DNA of 60,478 nucleotides, filler included. It is 7 parts of 7 records of this genome, joined end to end, with 100 filler letters (N's around TTAATTAATTAA, not from the genome) between each part and the next. Parts side by side here need not be neighbours in the genome. Positions count along the whole stretch, not along the records: positions 1 to 7,187 come from SRR31156797_16157; positions 7,288 to 13,604 come from SRR31156797_16182; 5 more parts are not named here. One strand, given 5' to 3'. A program made the translations under genes and the position numbers. Each line of letters begins with the position of its first letter. Positions within the stretch are counted from its first letter, which is position 1. The notes beneath the pieces are model-generated. The model worked only from the letters and a program-made list of their open reading frames with translations, made no database searches and had not been told where the DNA came from. Below are positions 1-9,281 of the stretch, piece after piece.

Positions 1-79
1 TAACAGCTCCACATATGGTTAAAAAAGTCAAAATTTGGATGAGTGCTTTAAATAAATAATTGAAAGCTGGGATGAAACT

Positions 80-946
80 ATGAAAACTAAAGAGATTAAT
101 CATGAAAAGTATGGGAAATGTCTTAAAATCTCAAATGATATCCTTGAACTAATAATTCCTCTTGAATATGGAATTAGAATAATGTCATTTTCATTTATTA
201 ATAGTGTGAATATCCTTGGAGATGAAGTAGATATTACTCTGGATTTAGAGAGTGATGATGAGAAATTAAAAGGGAAGAAATGGAATATGAGAGGCGGTCA
301 TAGAATATGGCATGCACCGGAAGTTAATCCCAGAACTTATATTCCTGACGATTCGCCTATTAGTTATGAAATAAAAGAGAATAAAGTTATCTTGACTCAG
401 GAAACAGAGTATTATACAGGGATTCAAAAATCACTTGAATTGGAATTTATTAGCGATCAAGAAGTAAAGTTAAATAATATACTAACGAATAAAAACCCTT
501 GGGATATAGAAACTGCTGTTTGGGTTATAAGTATCATGAGTCGAGGTGGTGAGGCAACAGTACCATTTAGTAAGAGACAATCAGATTTCCTAAGTACTAA
601 ACACTTGGAAATATGGCCATATACTGATCTGACTGATAGTAGATTTACTTTAAATACAGATTATTTTAGACTTAAACAAAGTGATGCCGAGAGAGCATTT
701 AAAATAGGGATTAATAATGAAGAGGGAATAGCAGAGTATAGAAATAATAATCTATTATTTACTAAAAAATTTACTCACTTCATGAATGAAAAATACAATG
801 AAAAATACCCTGATAATGGTTGTTCATTTGAGATTTATACTAATAATCAAATACTTGAGTTAGAGAGTTTATCACCTGTAAAAATCATTAGATCAGAAGA
901 AAAAATAGAACATGTTGAGATATGGAGATTAGAGAAAGAAAACTAG
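80..946 (+). CDS. Conserved hypothetical protein, galactose-mutarotase-like beta-sandwich (DUF4380-like)
   Basis: 288-aa ORF; GGHRIWHAPE, YPDNGCSFEIY and LELESLSP motifs typical of this family; terminator follows. Confidence 0.6.
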   Translation: MKTKEINHEKYGKCLKISNDILELIIPLEYGIRIMSFSFINSVNILGDEVDITLDLESDDEKLKGKKWNMRGGHRIWHAPEVNPRTYIPDDSPISYEIKENKVILTQETEYYTGIQKSLELEFISDQEVKLNNILTNKNPWDIETAVWVISIMSRGGEATVPFSKRQSDFLSTKHLEIWPYTDLTDSRFTLNTDYFRLKQSDAERAFKIGINNEEGIAEYRNNNLLFTKKFTHFMNEKYNEKYPDNGCSFEIYTNNQILELESLSPVKIIRSEEKIEHVEIWRLEKEN

Positions 947-973
947 AGATACTCTTATAAAATTACCTTCCAG

Positions 974-1004
974 AAAGGAGCTGTATTCGGCAGCTTCTTT
1001 TTTT
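974..1004 (+). terminator. Rho-independent terminator
   Basis: AAAGGAGCTG-loop-CAGCTTCTTT hairpin followed by a T tract. Confidence 0.7.
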
Positions 1005-1113
1005 GCGATTATTTGAGAGAGACTAAACTTAAAAACGCAAAAGAATTCTTTATTTTATTAATTAAATAGATTAAAATTAGTTATTAAAGTTAACTACAAA
1101 GAGGAGAAAAAAT

Positions 1114-1683
1114 ATGGAAAACAAAAGATTTAATCCGAAAAAACTGGAGAAACTTAATAACCCAAAACGATTAGAGATGTTAGCTGTTGATAGTTTAGCG
1201 AAAAAACTAAACTTGGATGACGTAGATGCAATAATTGATTTTGGTGCAGGAACAGCTTTATTCAGCAAGGCTTTTTCTAATATCTATAATGAAGCTAAAA
1301 TTTATGCTTGTGATATAGCTGATGAGATGATTGAGTGGATGAATGAAAATGTTGTAGCTGAATATCCAAATATAATCCCTTTTAAAACCGATGAAACCGG
1401 AATCGCACTAGAGAGTGAATTAGCGGATTTGTTAGTTATGATTAATTTACACCATGAGCTTGATGGACATATTAAGATTTTACAGGAATGCAAGAGGTTG
1501 TTGAAAAGTGAAGGGAAAATATTAATCTCTGATTGGAAAAAAGAGGAGATGGATTTTGGACCTTCTGTTACGATTAGGGTAGATGCTGAAACTGTTAAAG
1601 AGCAGTTGTTAGAAGTAGGATTTAAGAATATTGAAATATATAATGAGTTTGCTTATAACTATGTTGTAATAGCAGAAAAATAA
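1114..1683 (+). CDS. Class I SAM-dependent methyltransferase
   Basis: IDFGAGTA motif I, YACD acidic motif, LHHE...RLLKSEGKILISDW; GAGGAG SD upstream. Confidence 0.85.
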   Translation: MENKRFNPKKLEKLNNPKRLEMLAVDSLAKKLNLDDVDAIIDFGAGTALFSKAFSNIYNEAKIYACDIADEMIEWMNENVVAEYPNIIPFKTDETGIALESELADLLVMINLHHELDGHIKILQECKRLLKSEGKILISDWKKEEMDFGPSVTIRVDAETVKEQLLEVGFKNIEIYNEFAYNYVVIAEK

Positions 1684-1685
1684 GT

Positions 1686-1715
1686 TTAAGTCCCCTTTAG
1701 GTTAAGGGGACTTAA
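1686..1715. terminator. Bidirectional terminator-like hairpin
   Basis: Perfect 12-bp stem TTAAGTCCCCTT/AAGGGGACTTAA between convergent units. Confidence 0.7.
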
Positions 1716-1932
1716 TTATATTATGCTTATCACTTGAAGCAAAGGAAAAATACATAAACTCCAATAACAAAAATAGTTTTCATTTAAATTACCTCCCCAA
1801 TAATTAATTTGATTGAGTAAATAATCTCTTATCATAAATATTATACACTATTGAATTTAGTTAAGACCATAAGATGGAGTTAATTAATTCAAATTTTTTA
1901 CTCTAAAGAACTTATTCAAAACTATAGTTGAG

Positions 1933-2640
1933 TTATTTAGTAGAGATTAACTTTCGTAAAGAATCATCTCTAATTTTTTGAATTTCACCGTTTTCTTTCA
2001 TCTCTTCCAAAATTTTAGTAATTTGAGGAACAATATGAGCATTTTTTTTGTGAAGATAGTGATAGAGATAAATTGTTTCAAGTGCCGGCTCCAGCATTTT
2101 AACATTTGGATATTTATTAGATTTAATTTGAGATATCCCAGTGACATCTGTTGATAAAGCAAAATCAACTCTTTTAGCATTTAGAATTTTGAAAACCTGT
2201 GAAGTTTCATTAGAAAAAACAACGTTAAAGTCTTTTAGATATTTTTCAAAAATAAGGATACCTCTTCTTGTAGCGAAATTATAACTCTTTAGTTGCTCAA
2301 AATTATTAACAGAGATGTCATATTTACCGGAAAAAACTCTTATTTCAAAATAGTTAATAGGAATATCTATGCGGATTAGATTAGGAAATTTATCTTCCAC
2401 TTCAATAATTCGATGTGCTTCACCATCTGTTCTTCCACTACTAGCTTCATAAAGAGATCTTTTTGCAGGCATATCTATAAAAGTAGCTTGATAACCGATT
2501 TTATTATATGCAATTTTCAAGATTTGAGATGAAATCCATGCAATCTCACTTGAAGTTGTAGAAATTGTTATTTGCTCCTTTGAAAATGAGCAGGAAAATA
2601 TATTAATTAGTAATAAAAACATAAAAAAAATATTTTTCAT
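1933..2640 (-). CDS. Extracytoplasmic solute-binding protein (family 3-like), possible lipoprotein
   Basis: Signal peptide with FSC; MPAKRSL...GRTDGE and LYHYLHKK motifs; paralog of next gene. Confidence 0.75.
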   Translation of the reverse strand: MKNIFFMFLLLINIFSCSFSKEQITISTTSSEIAWISSQILKIAYNKIGYQATFIDMPAKRSLYEASSGRTDGEAHRIIEVEDKFPNLIRIDIPINYFEIRVFSGKYDISVNNFEQLKSYNFATRRGILIFEKYLKDFNVVFSNETSQVFKILNAKRVDFALSTDVTGISQIKSNKYPNVKMLEPALETIYLYHYLHKKNAHIVPQITKILEEMKENGEIQKIRDDSLRKLISTK

Positions 2641-2672
2641 TTAAATTCACCTCAGAGTTTATGAAAATTAAT

Positions 2673-3368
2673 TTACTGATTTAAAATTTCATTACGAATT
2701 CTTTCTATTTTTCCACTTTTTTCCATTTTTTCGAGTATAGCAGTAATTTCCGGAACTACATGTGCCTTACTTTTGTGTAAGTAATGATAAAGTTTAACTT
2801 TTTTTAATGCAGGTTCCAACATAATAAGGTTTGGATAATGATATTTTAGTATCCAGTGTCCTTCGATATCGGTGGAAAGAGCTAAATCAATACTACCTGC
2901 ATTAAGTATCTTATAGCATGTAAAATTATCACTGGCATAAAAGGCGTTTAAGCCCTCTAAGTATTGCTTATAAATAACTACACCATTGGTTGCAGCTATA
3001 GAGTAATTTTTTAGCGTATCTTTACTATTAATATAAAAATTATAATCTCGGGAATAGATTCTGAGTTCAAAATAATTGATTGAAACATCAATGAAGATTA
3101 AATTGGAGTATTTTTTTTCAATTCCTTTTATTCTATGAACTTCTCCATCAACTAGACCGTAATCAGATTCTAAAAGCCCTCTTGCCGGAGGTAGATCAAT
3201 AAATTCAATGTCATAGTTAGTTTTTCGATATGCTTCCTCTAATACAGCTATTGAAATAGCTGCCAGTCTGCTTTTAATATTAGCAAGGACTATTTTTTCT
3301 TTTGATTCCCCAACAATAAAATTTATAAAAACTAAGATAACTATTATAATTTTTTTCATGTGTTTCAC
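2673..3368 (-). CDS. Extracytoplasmic solute-binding protein (family 3-like), tandem paralog
   Basis: Signal peptide; LPPARGL...GLVDGE and LYHYLHKS motifs; visibly similar to 1933-2640. Confidence 0.75.
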   Translation of the reverse strand: MKHMKKIIIVILVFINFIVGESKEKIVLANIKSRLAAISIAVLEEAYRKTNYDIEFIDLPPARGLLESDYGLVDGEVHRIKGIEKKYSNLIFIDVSINYFELRIYSRDYNFYINSKDTLKNYSIAATNGVVIYKQYLEGLNAFYASDNFTCYKILNAGSIDLALSTDIEGHWILKYHYPNLIMLEPALKKVKLYHYLHKSKAHVVPEITAILEKMEKSGKIERIRNEILNQ

Positions 3369-3745
3369 TCCCTCATGTTATTGTGACGTAACACTCATAA
3401 TAATTATACTTCATCCCTATTATGAAAACTTTTTTTAAAAAGATAATAGGAAAAAGAAGTAATTAAAATATATAAAAAGTATCAAAAAAACTAAGTTGTT
3501 TATATTTGTGATAAAAGTAAAAGTTACTTGTTTTATTATCATAAGAGAGGATGAGAAGAAGAAAAATAATAGAATGGAGATTATTAAAGTGCGAAAATTA
3601 CCATTTTTAGGAATAGATTTACCTATTAAAAATAACTCATTTTTAATATACTTTTATTATAAGAAGATCAAAAATGACAGGAAAATTTTATTAAAGTGGT
3701 ATAGTGAATAGTAATGGTATCTTTATTTAGATTAGGAGGATTGAA

Positions 3746-4129
3746 ATGAGTCAAAATCTTGAAGCAAATAAAAAGAATGCAGTTGAATTTTATAGAATGG
3801 CATATTTGGGTAAACCGGTAGAAGCTGTAGAAAAATATGTAGGTGATATGTATATTCAGCATAATCCTGACGTTGAGGATGGTAAGGATGGATTTATTAA
3901 TTATTTCGAAGAGATGCAGAGAGATTATCCTGATAAAGGTATTGAGTTTGTAAGAGTTATTGCAGAAGAAGATTTGGTTGCTCTCCATACACATCAAACA
4001 TGGCCTGGAAATGATCAATATGTAACAATGGATTTTTTTAGATTTGATGAAAATGGAAAAATAGTTGAGCACTGGGACTCAATTCAACAGATTCCTAAAG
4101 AAGCTAAATGTGGAAGACCAATGTATTAA
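3746..4129 (+). CDS. SnoaL-like / NTF2-family protein
   Basis: YIQHNP...DG and MDFFRFDENGKIVEHWD motifs; AGGAGG SD. Confidence 0.85.
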   Translation: MSQNLEANKKNAVEFYRMAYLGKPVEAVEKYVGDMYIQHNPDVEDGKDGFINYFEEMQRDYPDKGIEFVRVIAEEDLVALHTHQTWPGNDQYVTMDFFRFDENGKIVEHWDSIQQIPKEAKCGRPMY

Positions 4130-4144
4130 TAAATAAAACTAAAA

Positions 4145-4180
4145 AGTGAATGAACCGGTTTTCATACTGGTTCATTCGCT
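4145..4180. terminator. Bidirectional terminator
   Basis: AGTGAATGAACCGGT/ACTGGTTCATTCGCT stem flanked by A and T tracts between convergent genes. Confidence 0.75.
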
Positions 4181-4184
4181 ATTT

Positions 4185-5270
4185 TTATTTTTTATTTAGT
4201 TTGAATTTTTGCCAAGGTTTTATATCTTTTAAAAATCTTTTGTTAGTTTCAGAAACTTTTCCTATTACATTGCTGTTTCCATCATTTTCAAAATCCTTAA
4301 GAGCTATGTGCAACTCGCCTTTGTATCTTTTATAATTATTATTCTCGATATAAACATCCCCATATTTAATATCTCTGGTATTTTTTGCTAAAATATCAGC
4401 TTCTTTAAATTTCACTCTGGGCATAGTTGACCTTACAGAGAACTCTCCTGCATCTCCTCTATAGAAGTGTAACTCTTTAAATGCAATATCACTTTCAACT
4501 TCACTTAAAGTATACTCAGTTTCAATATCCAGAGTCACAAGACCTTTATCCAACGGACTTAATGCTTTCAGCTCATTCTCACTTGCAAAACAGTTAGCTA
4601 TGATTACATCATCTACAAGATTAGTATAAAACAGGTCTTTTGCCTGTACATCAATTGGCAGTTCTCTATGCTCTTCCAGTGTGCATAATCCTTCTGAAAC
4701 TTCCCATGGTCCAAAACTTGCATTTTGTGAATTAACAAATGCAGCTACTCTTATTCCATGTTTTTTATATATTTTACTTGATTTGATAAAGTGCTCTCTT
4801 GAAAGACCTGATCTCTTTTTCGGATAAAAATTATGACAACCTAGTAATTTATGCATATCAGGATGAAAAGAAATTATGTTATCCAGATAAGCAGTGCCAA
4901 CGCTTACATTTAATTCAATCATTAAGTTTTCAGGATTAAAAGTCATCAATGCTTCTGTGTTTCCATCAAATCCCTCATCTAATCTAAATCCATCTACTCC
5001 CATTTTGCTGAAAAAAGAAAGATCATCATATTTAATCCCAAGCTCTTTAAATATATGAGGAGCTACATCAGCTATTATTTCAAAATTTTTACTTTTAGCA
5101 TGAGTAGTCATCTCTTTAAATTCAGAGATTATTTGTTCTTTATTTCCTTCAACTGATAATAGACAAGTGAATATTCTTGAGAAGCCGTATTTAGCAGCTA
5201 AATCAATATATTTGATATTATCTTCAAGATTTGCATGTTCAGGATAAATTGAAATTCCTAATTTTCTCAT
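4185..5270 (-). CDS. DUF871 / MupG-family phospho-glycosidase (TIM barrel plus cyclophilin-like C-terminal domain)
   Basis: LGISIYP, FTCL, GFRLDEGF, CHNFYP, GLCTLEEHR, YKGEL motifs; directly downstream of PTS IIC. Confidence 0.85.
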   Translation of the reverse strand: MRKLGISIYPEHANLEDNIKYIDLAAKYGFSRIFTCLLSVEGNKEQIISEFKEMTTHAKSKNFEIIADVAPHIFKELGIKYDDLSFFSKMGVDGFRLDEGFDGNTEALMTFNPENLMIELNVSVGTAYLDNIISFHPDMHKLLGCHNFYPKKRSGLSREHFIKSSKIYKKHGIRVAAFVNSQNASFGPWEVSEGLCTLEEHRELPIDVQAKDLFYTNLVDDVIIANCFASENELKALSPLDKGLVTLDIETEYTLSEVESDIAFKELHFYRGDAGEFSVRSTMPRVKFKEADILAKNTRDIKYGDVYIENNNYKRYKGELHIALKDFENDGNSNVIGKVSETNKRFLKDIKPWQKFKLNKK

Positions 5271-5272
5271 CT

Positions 5273-6634
5273 TTATGCCCTCTCTAGAGCTTCTTCACCA
5301 ATTAAAGATTGCTCATAAATTCTTAAGAATGGAATATATAATAGTGTTGATAAAGCTATTAATGCAGTACTTAATAACAGCGCCATAATATTGAAGTTTG
5401 TAGCAAACAGTGCGGCAATTGGTCCCGGAGTTGTCCATGGTACCAGAGTGATAACTTTTCCAACCAGACCACTTTTAACTGCTACCCATGTAATAGTTGC
5501 ATTAATAATAGGTATAGTTATAAATGGTATAAACAGAATAGGGTTCATTACTATTGGTGAACCAAATATAATAGGTTCGTTTATGTTGAATAAACCAGGT
5601 ATAATTGATAATTTCCCGATTGATCTCAGATGTTCAACTCTGCTTCGAGACATTGCAATAGCTAATCCTAAAGTAGCTCCAGCTCCTCCCAAATAAACAA
5701 ATGCGTCAAGGAACCCACCGGCGAAAATTTTAGGCAGCTCCTCTCCTGCTTGTAGAGCAGCTTGATTTGTAGCCAAATTTGATAAAATTATAGGATTAAT
5801 AATAGCTACAACTACGTTAACTCCGTGAAGTCCCGCAAACCATAATACATGTACAACTATAATAACAGAGATAACAGCCGGTAAAGAATCAGATGCAGCA
5901 ACAAACGGTTGGAATAATTTCATAATTAACTCAGGAATCATCATGTTACCCATATTTTGTACTAAAATATTAATTGGATTAAAGATTAAGATAACAGCTA
6001 CAATTGGAGTTAATAATTCAAATGATCTTGCAATTGCAGGTGGTACAGAATCAGGTAATTTAATAGTAAGCTTACTTTTTACCATTATTCTAAATATTTC
6101 AATTGATACAAATGCACAAATAATTGCAGTAAATAATCCTTTTGCATCCAGATATCTAGCATCCATTACAGGCATCCATCCACCATCAGCTATGTGAAAT
6201 AATGAAGGAGCTCCACTTGCCTGACCTACAGGTAACCAATCTAATTTAGCAGAAACCAATAAGAACGAAAATAATGATAAGAATCCACCTGTAGTATTAT
6301 TTAAGCCGTATTGAGATGATAAGCTATAACCAATACCATAGGAAACAAACAGTGACATGATCCCCATGCTTACATAAAATGGTTGAACCCAATTAGCTTT
6401 ATGAGCTGCCATTAAGTCAGCGTACCATTTCATATAGATAGGATTTTTAACACCCTCTGACAGATATTCAGATGATACAGGCAGGTTAACTAATAATAAT
6501 ACAATTGAGCCTACTATCAAAAATGGCATAGTGAAAACAAATCCATCTTTTAATGCAGTTAAGTGCTTATTTGTTGCCATTTTACCAGCTAAAGGTAATA
6601 ATTTACTCTCTACAAAATCCATTATTTTATTCAT
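5273..6634 (-). CDS. celB: PTS lactose/cellobiose/chitobiose-family IIC component
   Basis: Multi-TM; KLPDSVPPAIARSF, WFAGLHG, GGAGATL, PGLFNINEPIIFG, VPWTTP motifs. Confidence 0.92.
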   Translation of the reverse strand: MNKIMDFVESKLLPLAGKMATNKHLTALKDGFVFTMPFLIVGSIVLLLVNLPVSSEYLSEGVKNPIYMKWYADLMAAHKANWVQPFYVSMGIMSLFVSYGIGYSLSSQYGLNNTTGGFLSLFSFLLVSAKLDWLPVGQASGAPSLFHIADGGWMPVMDARYLDAKGLFTAIICAFVSIEIFRIMVKSKLTIKLPDSVPPAIARSFELLTPIVAVILIFNPINILVQNMGNMMIPELIMKLFQPFVAASDSLPAVISVIIVVHVLWFAGLHGVNVVVAIINPIILSNLATNQAALQAGEELPKIFAGGFLDAFVYLGGAGATLGLAIAMSRSRVEHLRSIGKLSIIPGLFNINEPIIFGSPIVMNPILFIPFITIPIINATITWVAVKSGLVGKVITLVPWTTPGPIAALFATNFNIMALLLSTALIALSTLLYIPFLRIYEQSLIGEEALERA

Positions 6635-6778
6635 TTCTTCCCCCTATATATTTTTTTAAGTCAAATTGCTTCTTTTTGACTTAGAACAGAAAAATATTCT
6701 ATAGTTTTTTTCAAAGACAGAGTGTCTTTTTCTGACTTCGTTATGAAAAACACTTCTATATATTTTTTTAAGTTAAAC

Positions 6779-7087
6779 TTAGTTTTTAATTGTTCTATAT
6801 AATTCAATAAACTCTTTTACTAAATCTTTTGCCAATATTGATGTCATTAGATGATCTTGTGCATGAACCATTAGTATGTTCATTTCCAGTTTCTCCCCAT
6901 CAGCTTCTTTACAAATCAGCTCAGTTTGAAGTGAGTGAGCTGCTAATATTTTCTTCTCAGCATCTTTGATCATATTTTTAGCATCTTCAAAGTTCCCTTT
7001 TTTTACTGAATCAAGTGCTTCGAAAGCTAAACTTTTGCATTCCCCCGAATTTCCTACTAATTCCATTGCTATACTTTCTATATCCAC
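6779..7087 (-). CDS. celC: PTS lactose/cellobiose-family IIA component
   Basis: AHSLQTELI and MVHAQDHLM (phospho-His) motifs; GTG start with GGAGG SD. Confidence 0.92.
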   Translation of the reverse strand: MDIESIAMELVGNSGECKSLAFEALDSVKKGNFEDAKNMIKDAEKKILAAHSLQTELICKEADGEKLEMNILMVHAQDHLMTSILAKDLVKEFIELYRTIKN

Positions 7088-7162
7088 AATTTATTCCTCC
7101 TATTTTATATATATTTAAAATTTATTTTATAATGAACTGCAAAAATAATCACATAGATTCTG

Positions 7163-7187
7163 CCCGGGTAAATATAGAATTTACCCC
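7163..7187 (-). repeat. REP-like palindrome at contig end
   Basis: GGGTAAAT-5nt-ATTTACCC inverted repeat running into the gap; minus strand reads GGGGTAAATT...ATTTACCC. Confidence 0.4.
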
Positions 7188-7287
7188 NNNNNNNNNNNNN
7201 NNNNNNNNNNNNNNNNNNNNNNNNNNNNNNNTTAATTAATTAANNNNNNNNNNNNNNNNNNNNNNNNNNNNNNNNNNNNNNNNNNNN
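7188..7287. other. Artificial contig spacer
   Basis: 100 nt of N with central TTAATTAATTAA; composition changes across it. Confidence 0.98.
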
Positions 7288-7288
7288 A

Positions 7289-8119
7289 CCATCTAAACGA
7301 ATTATATCGGAGTTAAAGACAAAAACTGAAAATTGGAAAAGAAAAACCTGGATGGAAACAGGCCTTGATCAGTTTACCGATAATTCATCAAAATTTAAAT
7401 CGCTTGCTCCGGAACTTTATGGTATAGAGTGGATTCAAACACCTTCTGTAATTAAAGAAGATGAGACTTTGCCAACTTTTATTCTGTCAAAAAAATCAGA
7501 AGTTTATATTGGAATTGACACTTCCTTGACTTTGTTGCCAGAATGGTTGCAAACGTGGATTCCTCTGGAAAAATACATTGCATCAACATTAAACAACGGA
7601 ACAAACTACCAACTATATAAAAAATCGTTTGATAAAAATGAGGTGGTTGAAATACCAAGGCTGTCTGATAGCGAATTTGCCATGTATCCTGTGGCTGTTT
7701 TACCGGTTACGTCATTGGATGATCCCATTGATTTACGAAAAACCAGTACATGGCAAGCCGAGGATGGGAAATTATGGGGAGCAGCAAAAAAAGTAGTTCA
7801 CCTGAAAAAAGATTGTATTTACACTCCGGATCAAAAAGGAACATTCGGAGTTAAGTTTCAGGTTGGGTTGGCCTCAAAGTATGGATTACATTTTCGGTAT
7901 ATCAATCTTTCGGGAGGCGATTTGGTAGCTGACGTGGAAATACTGGCAGCTGATGGCCGCGAAATGTGGTCGGGCCAGTGGACATTTCCGGCAACACCTG
8001 ATAAATGGAAAAGCTACCGGACCGATACGCAAACAACCATTAATGCAGGAACATATACTGTTAAAATTACGCCGAATGGAAAGGGGCCATTTTATATTGA
8101 TTGGTTGAAGGTTCAATAA
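7289..8119 (+). CDS. 5'-truncated C-terminal part of a large carbohydrate-active protein ending in a CBM6/35-like domain
   Basis: Frame stays open from 7289 (PSKRIISELK...) to the Met at 7352; C-terminal WQAED...NAGTYTVKI...YIDWLKVQ jelly-roll pattern; sits in a glycan locus. Confidence 0.6.
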   Translation, partial: PSKRIISELKTKTENWKRKTWMETGLDQFTDNSSKFKSLAPELYGIEWIQTPSVIKEDETLPTFILSKKSEVYIGIDTSLTLLPEWLQTWIPLEKYIASTLNNGTNYQLYKKSFDKNEVVEIPRLSDSEFAMYPVAVLPVTSLDDPIDLRKTSTWQAEDGKLWGAAKKVVHLKKDCIYTPDQKGTFGVKFQVGLASKYGLHFRYINLSGGDLVADVEILAADGREMWSGQWTFPATPDKWKSYRTDTQTTINAGTYTVKITPNGKGPFYIDWLKVQ

Positions 8120-8135
8120 ATAGAATTTAAAGACA

Positions 8136-9260
8136 ATGAAGAAATTCAACAACCAAATAGCCGATTCTCAGGCAAGTATAGTAAATTCTATAGCACCCGA
8201 AAATTTTGATTTCGACAGCTATGAAGCTTATGTCGCTGATCTGAATAAAAGGTGTGCTGAATTCTGGAGCTCAGACTCTGGCATATTGGTTTACCGGAGA
8301 ATGCGTGTGGCTGAGTGTTTTTCTTATGGTTGCCGCAATGTGAAACAATCGCTCGAATTACAATTGGGAGCACTTCAGCAAAGCATGAAATTTGTTGCAG
8401 ATGTTCCGAATTTTCTGGAACCCTGGTACGGGATCGGAACCATTGCCAGTGCCTATGGAAATGATTACATCTGGAAAGAAGGAAATGCGCCAGCATTGAA
8501 AGCACAGTTTACTTCTCTTGATGAGGTTCTTGCTTATGAGCCCAAAACTATTGCGAATACAAATATTGGGAAGTTTACCCTAAACATGATCGAATATTTT
8601 ATGGAGAAAACAAAAGGCCGGTTGCCGGTTTCATTTACCGATTCGCAATCGCCTTTAAATATTGTTGCCCATTTACTGCCGCTCGACCAGTTTTTTATCG
8701 AGATTCTTATGAATCCAAAAAAAGTGGTGCAATTGTTTGATATTCTGGCTGCATTATCGGTAGAGTTTAATCGCGAACAGGAGAAATTGATTGGCGATTC
8801 ACTGGTATTGCCTGGTCATGGTTTTGCATCATCTATGGCCTGGAAAGGATTAGGATTAAGTGACGACAATGCTATAATGATTTCTCCCGACCAGTACGTT
8901 GATCTGGCAGTGCCTTCAGCAAAGAAAATCTGCGATCCATTTGGTGGAGTTGTTTTTCATTCTTGTGGCGATTGGTCGGAATGGATTAATGCGGTGCTGA
9001 AAATAGAGGGGCTTAAAATGGCCGACGCAGCCTTTTCGCCACAAACCGATCCTGGAGCTACCGATAACCTGGAGGCTTATCATGCTTTTGCCAACACCGG
9101 TGTTGTGCTTAACGCGCGCATTGTTGGCGATTTGGAAACGTTAGAACAACAAGTAAAACGATTGTGGATTCCAGGAATGAAATTAATAGTTGTGAGTTAT
9201 TGTGAAACACCGGAAGAACAGAATGAAGCTTATCAGATGATAAAAGAAATATGTAACTAA
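8136..9260 (+). CDS. Uroporphyrinogen decarboxylase-like (UroD/MtaA superfamily) protein
   Basis: DSQSPLN, GLSDD, FHSCG (HxC metal motif) pattern of UroD/cobamide methyltransferase MT2-like barrels. Confidence 0.7.
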   Translation: MKKFNNQIADSQASIVNSIAPENFDFDSYEAYVADLNKRCAEFWSSDSGILVYRRMRVAECFSYGCRNVKQSLELQLGALQQSMKFVADVPNFLEPWYGIGTIASAYGNDYIWKEGNAPALKAQFTSLDEVLAYEPKTIANTNIGKFTLNMIEYFMEKTKGRLPVSFTDSQSPLNIVAHLLPLDQFFIEILMNPKKVVQLFDILAALSVEFNREQEKLIGDSLVLPGHGFASSMAWKGLGLSDDNAIMISPDQYVDLAVPSAKKICDPFGGVVFHSCGDWSEWINAVLKIEGLKMADAAFSPQTDPGATDNLEAYHAFANTGVVLNARIVGDLETLEQQVKRLWIPGMKLIVVSYCETPEEQNEAYQMIKEICN

Positions 9261-9281
9261 ATGAAAACCAAAACTTAAACT

